From Chiloscyllium plagiosum (taxonomy: Eukaryota), in the NCBI RefSeq assembly GCF_004010195.1, contig NC_057728.1:11097263-11161262 (forward strand): a stretch of DNA of 64,000 nt, written 5' to 3'. The notes beneath the pieces were generated by a model. It was given only the letters and a program-made list of their open reading frames with translations, made no database searches and had not been told where the DNA came from. This document shows, piece after piece, positions 25,373-37,215 of the stretch (positions within the stretch are counted from its first letter, which is position 1; every line of letters starts with the position of its first letter). The position numbers and the translations under genes were made by a program.

Positions 25373-26260
25373 GCTCTAGAATCAGTAAAACAAATCATTT
25401 CTTTCAGAGGGAATTAATTATACTGCACACTGCACACCAAACAATCTGACTTCCTTAGGTTCTTTCGATTTGAGGCCTAACCAAATTGTGCACTCAAGAT
25501 CAAATTGATGTAATAATATTGAGCACCACTTGGGGGAGATTATCTGTTCAAGCTCAAAACTTCAGTGACAAACAGAATTAGTTCCAGAGTTAATTACTTA
25601 AAACTTAATAAAATGACTTATTCACAAAGAAAAATCTTAAATGACTTGAAGTTCATAATCAAATTTGTAAATGGCACAACTTTAATTCTTAATACAAAAA
25701 CCAGACAACAATGGAACTTTCCCTTATATTCCCTAAATAAAAAAAAGACCTGCACCTTGCAATGCATTGTCATAATTTGCAGACTAAATCTTGATAATTA
25801 GGCGATTCTTTTATTATTTTAACCTTCAATTTTACTTTGACGATTGTCTCTATTATATTATGTTTGCTTGTTTTATTTGTTCATAACCACAATTTGCCCT
25901 CTGTTGTCATGTGATCTTGTGATCTTTCAACAAATCAATTTTCTACCTATCCATAATATTCACATTAGTGTGAACTAACATTTTTGGATACAATTGTGAA
26001 AAATGCTTGTTACTGAGAACAAAGTATTGGTAATATCAGTCAAGATCAACAGTTGTAAGAGGCTACAGTGACCATTTAAAAGTCTTTTGGATCTATCCCT
26101 GACCCCACTATCTGTGCCCACCCTCCAGCAGACAGAACTGGTTGGGATACTGAAGTGAGAGTCTTTTTTGGGATTCTAGAACTCTAGATTCTAGCATTAC
26201 CAGATTGATAAGGTTGGTGATCATAACCTAACTGTTCATCTCTCACCTCTCCCACCTATA

Positions 26261-26497
26261 CAAACAAACAGAAATAACTGCAGATACCATAAATCAGAAA
26301 CAAAAACAGAAATTGCTGGAAAAACTCCGCAGGTCCTGCAGCATCTGGGGAGAAAAATCAGAGTTAATATTTTGGGTCAAGTGACCTTTCCTGTCACCAG
26401 TTCTGAGGAAGGGTCATTCAACCTGAAATGTTAACTCTGATTTCTCTCCACCGGTGCTGCTAGACCTGCGGAGCTTTTCCAGCAATTTCTGTTCTTG
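26261..26497. mobile_element. Palindromic PLE-end element (family C)
   Basis: TSD tctcccacctata (26248) / tctcctacctgta (26498); inverted arms around ctgaggaagggtcattcaacctgaaatgtt. Confidence 0.85.
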
Positions 26498-26559
26498 TCT
26501 CCTACCTGTATGTTAACTCTCAGTAGACATCAAAGATGAGATTTGGGCTTGAATGTGTA

Positions 26560-26795
26560 TCATGATGTGGAGATGCCAGTGTTGGACTGGGATGTCCAAA
26601 GTTAAAAATCACACAACACTAGGTTATAGTCCAACAGGTTTATTTGGAAACACCAGCTTTCGGAGCAACGCTCCTTCATCAGGTGGTTCAGTACCTCCTT
26701 CATCACAACCACCTGATGAAGGAGCAGCGCTCCGAAAGCTAGTGCTTCCAATTAAACCTGGTGGACTATAACCTGGTGTTGTGTGATTTTTAACT
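26560..26795. mobile_element. Palindromic PLE-end element (family B) with two opposed HHR motifs
   Basis: 11-bp TSD ttgaatgtgta (26549-26559, 26796-26806); arms 26597-26688 / 26707-26798; left tail. Confidence 0.92.
26710..26744 (+). ncRNA. Minimal type I hammerhead ribozyme motif
   Basis: CAC-CUGAUGA-A-GGAGC(AGC)GCUCC-GAAA-GCUA-GUG; stem I CAC/GUG; palindromic AGCU stem III. Confidence 0.78.
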
Positions 26796-28749
26796 TTGAA
26801 TGTGTACGACTAGGATCAAATTGCACTCCATCACAGAGCTGCCTGCAATCCTCATTAATGAATGTCCACCTTTGGTCCAGTAACAAAGTTCCATTGTTCC
26901 AGCCACGTGCTGACATATTGCCCAGGTCCAGTAATATAAAATCATTCTTCCAGGCACACACTAACTAGCAGGCTGATCATGATGCATGTGGAGGTAAGTG
27001 GAATGTAGAGGGTTATCTCAGTCCACCACCTCCTGCAGGCAACTTTGACAATCCTACATTAACAAAGCACTGAACATCTGCTTGTGTCAGATTTGAAGAA
27101 CAAAATCATTGCAGCTGCCTATCTCATATTTGAAACATGGGTAATGACAGCAATCCCTTTGTGACAGCAGATAGACACATAGAGAATTGGGAACAGGGTA
27201 AAGAGACAGTGTTTACAGAATTCCTACAGCTTTGACACATTGGATCAAAGTAGCCAGTTGCCATTGCATTATTAATCAGATGCATTGTTCAAATACATTT
27301 CCTGCATATTACAAGCTTTCAATGGGTTGTTTATCTTTTTCACACTTGATTTCAGCATCAGTAGCTTTACTTACTTTCATGTAATCAGCTGAGAATATTC
27401 CCTAAGTGCTCACTTTGTTCTTAAATCTCTCCACTCTGGTCTCTTTTAAACCTGTCTCTTTGTTCATGCTTTTGGTCGCTAATACCAATATCACTTTAGG
27501 TGCTCCAGTGCACTCATGTGGAGGGCACTGGGACATTTTACTATGTGCTAAGTAAACAAATTGCTGGCTGTCTTACACAAAGTATTTCAAAGTCATAAAA
27601 TCAATTCTCATGAATTACAAGCATTGGAAAATATTATTAAAGGAAACCAGCTGGACTAGATTAGCCCTCTGCAGACAGGAACGCCTCCAGTCAGTTAAGC
27701 TTATTGTCTATGCAGAAGCCAATGCAAAAGAACTTTGCTTTCCATTACAAAAAAAGCAAGTATTTGAAATTCACTCGAAAAGTCTTGGGCTGGTTGTTGC
27801 AGGTGTAATGGCAGTGAAAATGCCAGTGCTCACCGAGGTTGCACAGTAATATTACAGTAACTTCTAGCGCGCGCGCGCACACACGCACGAAAATGAAAAT
27901 AGAGAGGTTGCTGTCATTGACATCCAAGCAACACACGATCATTGAATTGTGAACTTCAACCTTCGACACTATTTTTATTAAGACTGTTGAAAATGTTAAG
28001 CCTTAATGGGGTGCAACTGCGATTTATTGGCATTGTAAGTCATATCACTGCTAAACAGATTTTTTTCTTAAAAATGTGGAACATCATTCCCTTAAATATT
28101 TTAAATTCTGTAATCATTAAAATAAATATTTTTTTCTCCAGCTTGTGATCAGTTTCTATACTAATTCACTACGTATACATGTACAAATAGTTATTTAGCT
28201 TTCATACAATGCCAAAAAATGTGAATCACAATCTCAGCTGTCTATTATCTGCGTTCTGATCTGTGAAAACGTTTTAATATGTTTGGCTGGCCAGCTTTCC
28301 AGGTGTATTCACTGTTGCTGGCACCACAGATTAAATGTCACATTTGAATAAAGAAAATTAACACGCGGACAGATTTTTGTTTTTGAATTCAGCAGCAAAG
28401 TCACTGACCTCAAAGTCCAATGTCATAAAAGCATATTAATGATAAATTAATTTTCACTATTCAACAAAGGAAGACCTCCTTCCTTACAATAATCATCATT
28501 AATTCTCAGATGCACAAACGTTCACTAAAGTATCTGATCCTTGATCAGTAGATTTTTACAATCAGTAACTGAAGTTTCGCAATTATCACCTGGATCTTAA
28601 CTGTTCTTATGTTCAGAAACGTAAAGCTAGAATCCAAGATGTAAAATGCAAAATTGGTGCTTTAAGAATAAAAATGGGGTCACCAGTGAAGAAAAGCTCT
28701 TGTCTGCATCATATTGCTATTCCCAATCCATCCATCAAACACAGCTTAC

Positions 28750-28867
28750 CATATTGTGCATTATTAAAAGTGCCAGCCAGAGTCCGACATGAGGAATTAT
28801 CTCCACCACACACTCCACATTTATCCCTCCTTGCTTTGGAATTCAGTACATGATCACATCCAGCTTG
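28750..28867 (-). CDS. ADAMTS20: ADAMTS20 exon: Cys-rich end / spacer start
   Basis: ttttgcag|CAA GCT...TAT G|gtaagc; [39 protein letters not shown]; 118 nt. Confidence 0.95.
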
Positions 28868-29184
28868 CTGCAAAAGAGCAAATTAGGGATTAAACGTAGA
28901 ACAATAGCTATCATAGAATGTGTAATTCCCCAAACCATGATGAATGCACCATTACCGGTTTCTATAAACTGTCACACAAATAAATTAATTAGGAGAGTAG
29001 GTAAAGCCATCAATAAACATAAACTTGTCCTAGTTAAGAATGCAGACAAATTTGGCCTGGTGCTGGCTTCACTAGTGAAGATAGATACTCAGCATTTGGC
29101 AAACCACAGCTGGGCCACACAATAAGGTATCTAACAAAGTATTATTAACTTAAACCAAACACCAACAGCGGAAATCAATATATT

Positions 29185-29715
29185 GCACTTATTGCTCATC
29201 CGAGTTGCCCTTGAGAAGGTGGTAGTGCTGCAGTCGCTGTGCTGTAAGTACATCCATGGTGCTCTTTGAAAGGGAGTTCCAAGTTCCAGATTTTGACCCA
29301 GCGACAGTGAAGGAATAATGGTAGAGGATGGTGTGTGAATTGGAGGGGAATTTGTTGGTGTTCCCATGCATTTGCTGCCAAGGCTGAGGACAGAGGGAGG
29401 GGCATTATGGCCCAATAGTTGGGACTGACAATGCCATGGGATTGGGGCAGGGCCATGGGGTCCATGATTTCTAATTTGGTCCTGCCTGCTGGCCTTCAAG
29501 GTTGTAGAGATTGGGATGTTTGTAAATTGCTACTGTAAGAGCTTGGTGGGTTACTGGTGTTTATCTTATCAGTAATAAAAACCACAACCAACCACTCTGC
29601 ATCAGTAAGCAGAGAAATGAATATTTAAGGTGGTGGTTTGGATGATGATCAAGTGGGCTGCTTTGTCTGGATGGTGCCGAATAGTGATAGAGCTGCACTC
29701 ATTCAGTTTGACCAG
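29185..29715 (-). mobile_element. 3' end of the second CR1/L2-group LINE family
   Basis: ttgcccttgagaaggtgg..ccagattttgacccagcgacagtgaagga, homologous to 45165-45640. Confidence 0.75.
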
Positions 29716-29917
29716 GCTCAGTTGTCATTGACACACTTCTATACCTCAGGGTGTCAAGCCAAATCTGCAAGCTTCCCAACCTCTCAGAATCAACTCTCAT
29801 ATGCTTCCCACTTTTCCGTAGTGTTTGCACAGCTTCACCTCAGCTCTCACCCAGCTCCATAGCTGGAGAAGAGGTTAAATGCATTAGGTTTGTAATAAGA
29901 TGTAATTCTCAACTTAC

Positions 29918-30054
29918 CCTGCACAGGCCTTGCACACAGACATCATTTGTATCAGGCCCGCAAGGAGTACCATCAGTGGCACGGTCTTTGAGTTGATAAT
30001 ATGCTGTAGTTCCAGCCACACGGCAGAAAAGTTTGCACCGATCCTTCATCAGAA
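29918..30054 (-). CDS. ADAMTS20: ADAMTS20 exon: Cys-rich domain
   Basis: tttcag|TT CTG ATG...AGG|gtaagt; [46 protein letters not shown]; 137 nt; preceded by an 83-bp intron. Confidence 0.95.
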
Positions 30055-30137
30055 CTGAAACAACAGGGTACGCGTATTTGCAATGAGTTCAAATATCACA
30101 GATTTTTGCAGCGTTGCAAACACACTGGAATACTTAC

Positions 30138-30319
30138 TGCCACTGTACTTTGGAAGCCAGCGCACGTTTGGCGGCAAGCCATTGATGTTAAAATGCTTCC
30201 CATCAAACTCTGAGCATTGCTCTTCCCTGAAGTCCTTCCTTCCCTTCGGACAAGGCTCTGTGTTACAGGATCGGAATTTCATTCTGCGACCCACACAATA
30301 CTTCCCACCATTTCTGGGT
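30138..30319 (-). CDS. ADAMTS20: ADAMTS20 exon: TSR1 end / Cys-rich domain
   Basis: aaacag|A CCC AGA...GGC A|gtaagt; [60 protein letters not shown]; 182 nt. Confidence 0.95.
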
Positions 30320-30914
30320 CTGTTTGGGACAAAAGCCAACAGCTTATGACAGAAGGAAATACATGATTCGGATGACTTGGATAGTAGGCAAAATCTCAAT
30401 CTCGTGTCAATAAAAATTACCGCCTTACATGTCAGGTGCTGGAATGTCAAAGGGGTAACACCAAGAACTTGTTTTCCATTAAGCAAAAAACTTAAATGTA
30501 TTATTTTCTCAGTCGAAATTTATGAGGTGCACAAGATCATTAATCTGAATTTATCCACTTTATTAAACAATATACAGACTGCCAAATTAACTTTCTTCAA
30601 TCACCATGAGAAAATGCTGGAAAATCTCAGCAGGTCTGGCAGCATCTGTGGCCTTATGGTTTCAGATTCCAGCAACCACAGTAATTTGTTTTTAACTTTC
30701 TTCAATAATTTGCTGTCCAGTTATAGGGAATTACACGCAAGTCTCAATATCAGCTGATAATCTGACAGAATAACTTCTCCACTGAAGACACAAAATGCAG
30801 CCATCTACCAGTAGCTGTCCCATTGGGTGCAGTCAACCACTGGCATGGCATGATCCTCATTAGAGATGCACACCAGCATTCTTTGATCCGCAAATTCTAC
30901 TGACTCACTAAGTG

Positions 30915-31090
30915 GACTGGTCATGCTAAAGTATCCATAGTGTCCAGGGATGTGCAAACTGGATGGATTAGCAATGGGAAATGCAGGGTCACAGGGATAG
31001 AGTCTGGGTCAGATGCTGTTTGGAGGGTCGCTGCGGACTAGTTGGGCCTAATAGCTTGTTTCCACACTATGGGAATTGTACGATTCTATG
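30915..31090 (+). mobile_element. HE1-type SINE 3' half, diverged
   Basis: catgctaaa...gtttccacactatgggaattgtacgattctatg. Confidence 0.75.
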
Positions 31091-31909
31091 AAAAGTCTTC
31101 CACTGCTTTGAAACTGAAGTGCAAAAATGCAGGACAAAGTCCATACTGAGAAGATAAAGATCTGAAGAGTTCGTATTAGATCTGAAACATCAACTCTTTT
31201 TCCCTTATCACAGATGCTGCCAAACCTGTTGAGTTTCTGTTTTTATTTCAAATCTCTTTCATGTGCAGTATTACCACACTGAAAAATGTTGAATCATAAT
31301 GTGAATTTAAAAACAAATTTTAAATTTCACTGCAAAGCATCAAAATGTTGCTAACATTCAACATTTCTGGTAAAGAAATTACTGTGAACCTTTAAGATCA
31401 AATCAATGTTTGAACAACATGAACAATAAACCAATTAGAACAGTAAAGAGAGCACTGCAAACACAGAGCAATACAGTTTGTGATTGTCTACCTAAGAGCA
31501 GCAAATTGGTCAAACTGCCCTCACGATGTGTAGAACAAGAGATATTGCCTTTAGATATTCCTGTCTCTTTGCATGACTGAACTTTATTTACTTTTATGTG
31601 ATGGCGATTGAACAAAGGACAAATAATACTTCGCTATGGAATAGCCTGTCAACTCTGAGATTTGTTTGAGAGGCCCACAGTTAAAGAGCACACAATTTCC
31701 TTCCTTTAATGGAGTGCAATAAAGGTCTTGTCAACAGCCTTGTTTTAGGAGCTCAGTTTAAGAATGTCTTTGGGAAGATTGGAATGGTTTCCAAGGTACA
31801 TGAAAATCAAATAGATACGGCTGCAGAATGTGAATCCACTGGCACCCATCACCCACCTCAAGAAACCATTTTAAATTGTCCGGTGCACCACAGTTCAGAA
31901 GAAACTTAC

Positions 31910-32055
31910 TCTGGCTTGTTGCAGTCTCTTACTGCACTCCTTATCCCTCCACCACATGTTCGTGAACATGCTCCGTATGATCCCCAGGGTCCCCACTCTC
32001 CATCCACCGGCCTCGCTGCCATCTCTTTGTTCACGCAGATTCCATGCCGGCAGTG
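31910..32055 (-). CDS. ADAMTS20: ADAMTS20 exon: disintegrin end / TSR1
   Basis: tgcag|CAC...CCAGA|gtaagt; [49 protein letters not shown] (WxxW and CSRTCG motifs); 146 nt. Confidence 0.94.
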
Positions 32056-33430
32056 CTGCATAACAAGGAACAAAAGCTGTGTTTTAACATTACATAGTGG
32101 CTGAGAAAATGCGGCCCTTCATAGAATATAGCTGAGGGAAACCTTAAAGAGGATCAACCCAGCCATTACCACAGTGGGGTAGACCCACTAGCCGTGGGAA
32201 TCAAACCGCTGATCTGTGGCACCTATCATAGACTGTGTATAGGCTCGATCTTGATTATAACTTGACAATTGAAACTCCTGAAACACATTTAGGCCATTGA
32301 ATATGTAGCCAACCTTTAAGATCTTTGAACATCAATGCTTGTCAAGGACAAATATGAAGAGCATATCCTCTTGAACGAGGTATCAGAGGGCTTCTGCCTA
32401 AGAAAGTCATGGAATCAATTCTATTTTCCCTTTATCCAGACTTCTGGATTGCTCTCAAAGAATTCTGTCTGACACAACATAAGACAGTCTGCAGTCTGAG
32501 GTCCAGGTCACTGAAACAGACAGTTCCAGGCAGGAGTCCAGGAAGGTCTACTCCTGCTCCTATTTCTTGCCTTCTTGTGTGTGCTGTCACCAGTCTGTAG
32601 ACAGCCTTATCAACATCACGCAGAATCAACACTGGGGAAAAGTACCTGTACCAGCTGGTTTAACTGTCTCAATAAACAGTTGTGCTCAAGAATGAAGATT
32701 GTTAATATATCTTAAGAGATATCCCATGTGATAAGTTTTGACTTGCATTCCTTTCTAGCAAGCTTCACAGATATGTGGCTCATTTATGTGCCTGTGTTTT
32801 GCAAGTTATCTGATGCTCAGGTGATAGACTCTTTCAGCCGTAATACTTGTTTTGTCATTTGAAAGTTCAGGCTTCACTGTTACTGTAGCTTCTCACCACA
32901 AAAACGGTAACAGGAAATAAACAAATTCAGGTCTCTGCCCTACAAAAACATTTGGAGGGCATGGGAAATCTGAACAGCACAGTGCCAGCACTGAATTCTT
33001 TTTTAAAAATCTGTGCAATGGAAGGTGAACCGCAGCAAGGAAGTCATCAAAGATCATGTCACAGAGTTACACGAGGCCTTAAACTGGTGCAATACTTACC
33101 ACGTGGAGACATCAAGCTTTCTACTGCCGTGTGCTCTCAAGAATTAAAAGAAGGAATGAAAAATAATAATTTTACACTTCAGCTCACTGCAGTCAAATTC
33201 TGTTGGACAACACTTCTGTGAAGGGGCTTGGGATGGTTCAAGATTTTAAATGCTTAATCTCAATGCAGTTGCAGTTATTCCATGACCTCCAATGCATTGT
33301 ACATGAGGGTGGAAGGACAAAGTGACGTACTCACAAAACCACACAAACAGAGATTCTCAACGTCCACCATAAATTCAGGACAGGCACCATTTGCAGACCC
33401 AGATCTATATCTGAATGAAACAGGGGGAGT

Positions 33431-34061
33431 TGTGATGACACTGTCACTTGAAAAGGGCACTTTGTCCTGTTTTGTTTTGAAGAGAGGTTGTAAGGCAGAG
33501 ACACCAAACTGGCTATTTCAAGACGACATAAGTAAACAATTTGTGAGGCCTTTAGGTTTCTTTATAGAAGTTGGAACAACGGAAGCAGCCTGAATGGGTG
33601 TGGCCAGCTCTCACTGATCCGGATTTCTGGGTTTGGTTTCTTCAGTAACATCATAAGCTGTCTGGGGTCTTAAAAGAGTTGGAAGCTTCAAAGAAAGAGT
33701 TGGAAGCTTCTTGGCTGCAACATTGTTTGACTTTTCTCTTGAAAACTGCATGTAATCTATGTCTGAATTTGCTGTTTTGCCAGTTGTGTTTATGTGATGT
33801 TGCGATACTGGAACAGTTAATTAGTGATAGGTACTGTATCTATTATTCAGTGAAGTCTTCCAATAGTTCAGTTATTCTAAATTCCTCATTCTTTTGTTGG
33901 TATTTTAACTATACTGTTGAAATAAATTGAGCTTTGCTTAATGTCAAATAGTTTGACTAATCACATCACACACACTTCACATCTACCTTCAAAATAAGGA
34001 AATGTTAGGTCTAGGCTACCTTCTTAAAATATTTTGAGGGGGTCTGGTCTGGTCTGTAACA
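33431..34061 (+). mobile_element. Solo LTR (probably Gypsy)
   Basis: Starts TGTGATGA and ends TGTAACA; 4-bp TSD GAGT (33427-33430, 34062-34065); AATAAA near 33920. Confidence 0.8.
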
Positions 34062-34714
34062 GAGTGGAGGTGGTATAGAAAATTTCAGCATCCCTACTAC
34101 TCCCATTTAGAGTTTAGCAGCACTGGTAGCAAGCTAACAGCAAACATGGGATTGTTTTACAGTGCTATGCTAAGTGATCTGAGGTATGAGTTCACAAGAA
34201 ATTACCATTTCAAAACAATATTACACTAGGCGTGACAAGACACTTGAACACTTACAATCTGGAAAGAAAACCAATTAAGAACAGACTGCTGTGAAAGATA
34301 TTAAATATTAAACGGTATAACTGAAGAATTACTCAAAAATAAACCAATGGAGTACAAAAATAAACTGATGAAAAAAGTAACAACCAATGCAAAAGATGAA
34401 AGAATGGTAAAGGAATAGGTCATTGGGTTTATGCAAAAGGAATTTGAAGTGATTTTGGGAGTGTTAATGTTTTGGAGGAAGGAGCATTGGTATGCTAAAG
34501 GGAGTTGCTCGGTCTTATCAATTAAATCTTAACCTCAAGTGTTGTGGCAACGTAAAATGTGTTCCAATATTATTTTGTAATTGAGCAAAAATCTCTGAAA
34601 GCCAACCCTTCATTTTGATGCATCAAACATGCAGCTCGCAAAACACTGTGCTCTAAGGAAAGTGAAGGTCATGCATAAAAACATAAAATGTAATCTGTAA
34701 ACACCGTGGCCATA

Positions 34715-35300
34715 GAGTCAATCATACAGCACAGAAACAGGCCCTTTGGTCCACCACATCCATGCCAACCAGGTTTCCTAAACTGAACTGGTCCCATTCG
34801 CCTGGTTTGGCCAAAACCCTCTAAATATTTCTTATTCATGTCTTTTAATTGCTGTGACTGTACCTGCACCTACCACTTCCTCTGGCAGTTCATTCCATAT
34901 ATGCCCCACCCTCAGTGTGAAAAGTTGCACCTCAGGTCCCTTTGAAATCTTTCTCCTCTCACCTTAAACCTATGCCCTCTAGTTTTGAACTCCCCTACAT
35001 TAAGGAAAAGAACTTTGCTTTTCACCTTATCTATGGCTCATGATTTCATAAACTTCTGTAAGGTCACCCCTTAACCTCCTATGTCTCTACTTATGTCTGA
35101 GATCTTCCATTCCCTATAATATCCTGGTAACTCTTTTCTGCACCCTCTCTAATTTAATAACCCCCTTCCTTTAGCAGGGCGGCCAGAGCTGCACACAGCA
35201 CTGCAGAAGTGGCCTCGCCAATTATCTGTACAACCGCAACATGGCATCCCAACTGCTATACTCTATGCATTGACCAATGAAGGCAAATGTACCAAATTCC
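34715..35300 (-). mobile_element. CR1 (HER1-like) 3' fragment
   Basis: Reverse complement of the 3' end seen at 23686-24244. Confidence 0.85.
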
Positions 35301-36274
35301 TTATAAGGGTCTGAGGGACATGGGCTATGCCAGAATGAGTGGTAGATACAGGTAACAATATGGAGAGGCCTACTTTGATATCAGGAGCAATGATAAGGTA
35401 TGGCATGTGTTGCCTGGAAATGTGGTGGAGGCAGGTTCAATTCAGGCATTCAAGAGGACCTTTGATGTTTCTTTTCAATAGCAATGGTGGGCAGGAATTT
35501 GGGGGAGAAGGCAGGAGATTGGCACTAATTGAAAAGCAGACACAATGGGGTTGAATGGCCTCATTCTGCATCATAACAACGCTGTGATTCTGTGATTGTT
35601 TATGTTTTTCAGACCCGGCATGGTGAGTTTCTCACTGGCCAATTGACAGGGAATAGTGCTTGTTAGACATCTCATTAATGAGTCAGCCTCCCATTTCACC
35701 AAACTCTCCAAACAACTCTTTGTATTTATTTCTTCTCCTCCTGTGGTTCCTTGAATAATTAGCAATTATCAGACAAAACGTGGCACCAAGTTGATTTTTT
35801 AAAGAAAAACTTAATGGAGAAATAGGAAAGAATTTCAGAGTGAAGCAATTCAAATGTGGGGTATAGAAGAAGCCAAAGTTGGAGGAATACAGATAGCTCA
35901 GAGGGCTGAAGAGTTACAGTAAGTTCCAGAGATATGACAGGAGGCTGCCAGTCCAGTTAAATACAAGGATGAAAATTTTAAAAAGGACAGGTTGGTAGAA
36001 CAGGAGCCACTGTCGGGATAGCACAGGGATATACTGTAAGAGCAGATTCTAATATGAGCAGCAGATCCAAGTTTAGTGAGTAATATGGAATGGCTGAATC
36101 TGGAATAATTAAAGGTCTAAATGAGTCCCAACACAGATTAGCCCAGATGGAGCACAGACACAGATGTGCAAGTAGGCAGCTTTGGTGATGAGAGGTTATG
36201 TGATCTTGGGGTCCAATGGGATGGTGGGGTTGTAAAAAAAAAACTCCAGAAGATTATGTTGAAGAGACAGGTGA

Positions 36275-36890
36275 TCTCCCTCAGTGACCTGTCAACACTG
36301 AGCTCCCAGTGATCAATGGTAATCTCCAGAATGTTGGTAATGGCATGCCATTGAATATCAAGGGGCGATGGTAGATTCTCTCTTGCTGGAGATGGTCATT
36401 GCCTGGCACTTGCGGTGCAAATGTTATTTGCCATTTGTCAGCCCAAAGCTGGAGACTGTGCGGGTCTTGCCGCATTTGGACATGGACTGATTCAGTATCT
36501 GAGGAGCTGTGAATGGTGCTTAACATTGTGCAATAATCAGCGATATTGCCACTTCTGACCTTATGATGAAGGGAAGGTCATTGATGAAGCAGCTAAAGCC
36601 GGGTAGGCTGAGGACACTACCCCGAGGGGCTCCTGCTGAGATACCCTGGAGCTGAGATGACTGACCTCCAACAACCACAGCCATCTTCCCATATGCAAGG
36701 TATGACTCCAACCAGTAGAGCATTTTCTCCCTGATTTCAGTGACAGTTTTGCTAGGTCTCCTTGATGCTAGATTTGGTGAAATGCTGCCTTAATGACAGG
36801 GGCTGTCACTCTCACCTCATGTCTGAACTGGAGTTCACTTGGCTATGTTTGGACCAAAAGTGTAATGAGGTCAGGTTCCGTGTGACCTTG
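36275..36890 (-). mobile_element. RT fragment of a CR1/L2-group LINE
   Basis: LYWLESYL...VVVGGQSSQLQGISAGAPRGSVL..FSCFINDLP; LQLWADKWQITFAP. Confidence 0.82.
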
Positions 36891-37004
36891 GCTGAAAGTT
36901 AATTAACAGTGTAAATATTTTATAGGGTGAAAAGGAAACTGTGTCTACATTATATTGGGAAGTGGGAACATTTATAGAGTTTTAACATTACTGTACACAA
37001 CTGC

Positions 37005-37215
37005 ATGTATGGAATGAGCTGTCGGAGGAGGTAATGGAGGCTGATACAATTACAACATTTAAAAGACATCTGGGTAGGTACATGAATGGGAAGGGTTTGG
37101 CGGGATATGGGCTAAAAACTGGCAAATGGGAATAGATTAGGTTAGGATATCTGGACAGTTTGGACAAGTTGGACTGAAGGGTCTGTTTCTGTGCTGTGCA
37201 TCTCTATGACTGTGA
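37005..37215 (+). mobile_element. CR1 3' tail fragment
   Basis: gtatggaatgagct...gaagggtctgtttctgtgctgtgcatctctatgact. Confidence 0.85.

Noticed and set aside
27866-27890. gcgcgcgcgcgcacacacgcacg Z-DNA-prone tract
   Set aside because: Short ordinary microsatellite with no supporting context.
30049-30486. 145-aa ORF as a complete protein
   Set aside because: Only 30138-30319 is exon; the rest is intron read-through beyond clear splice sites.
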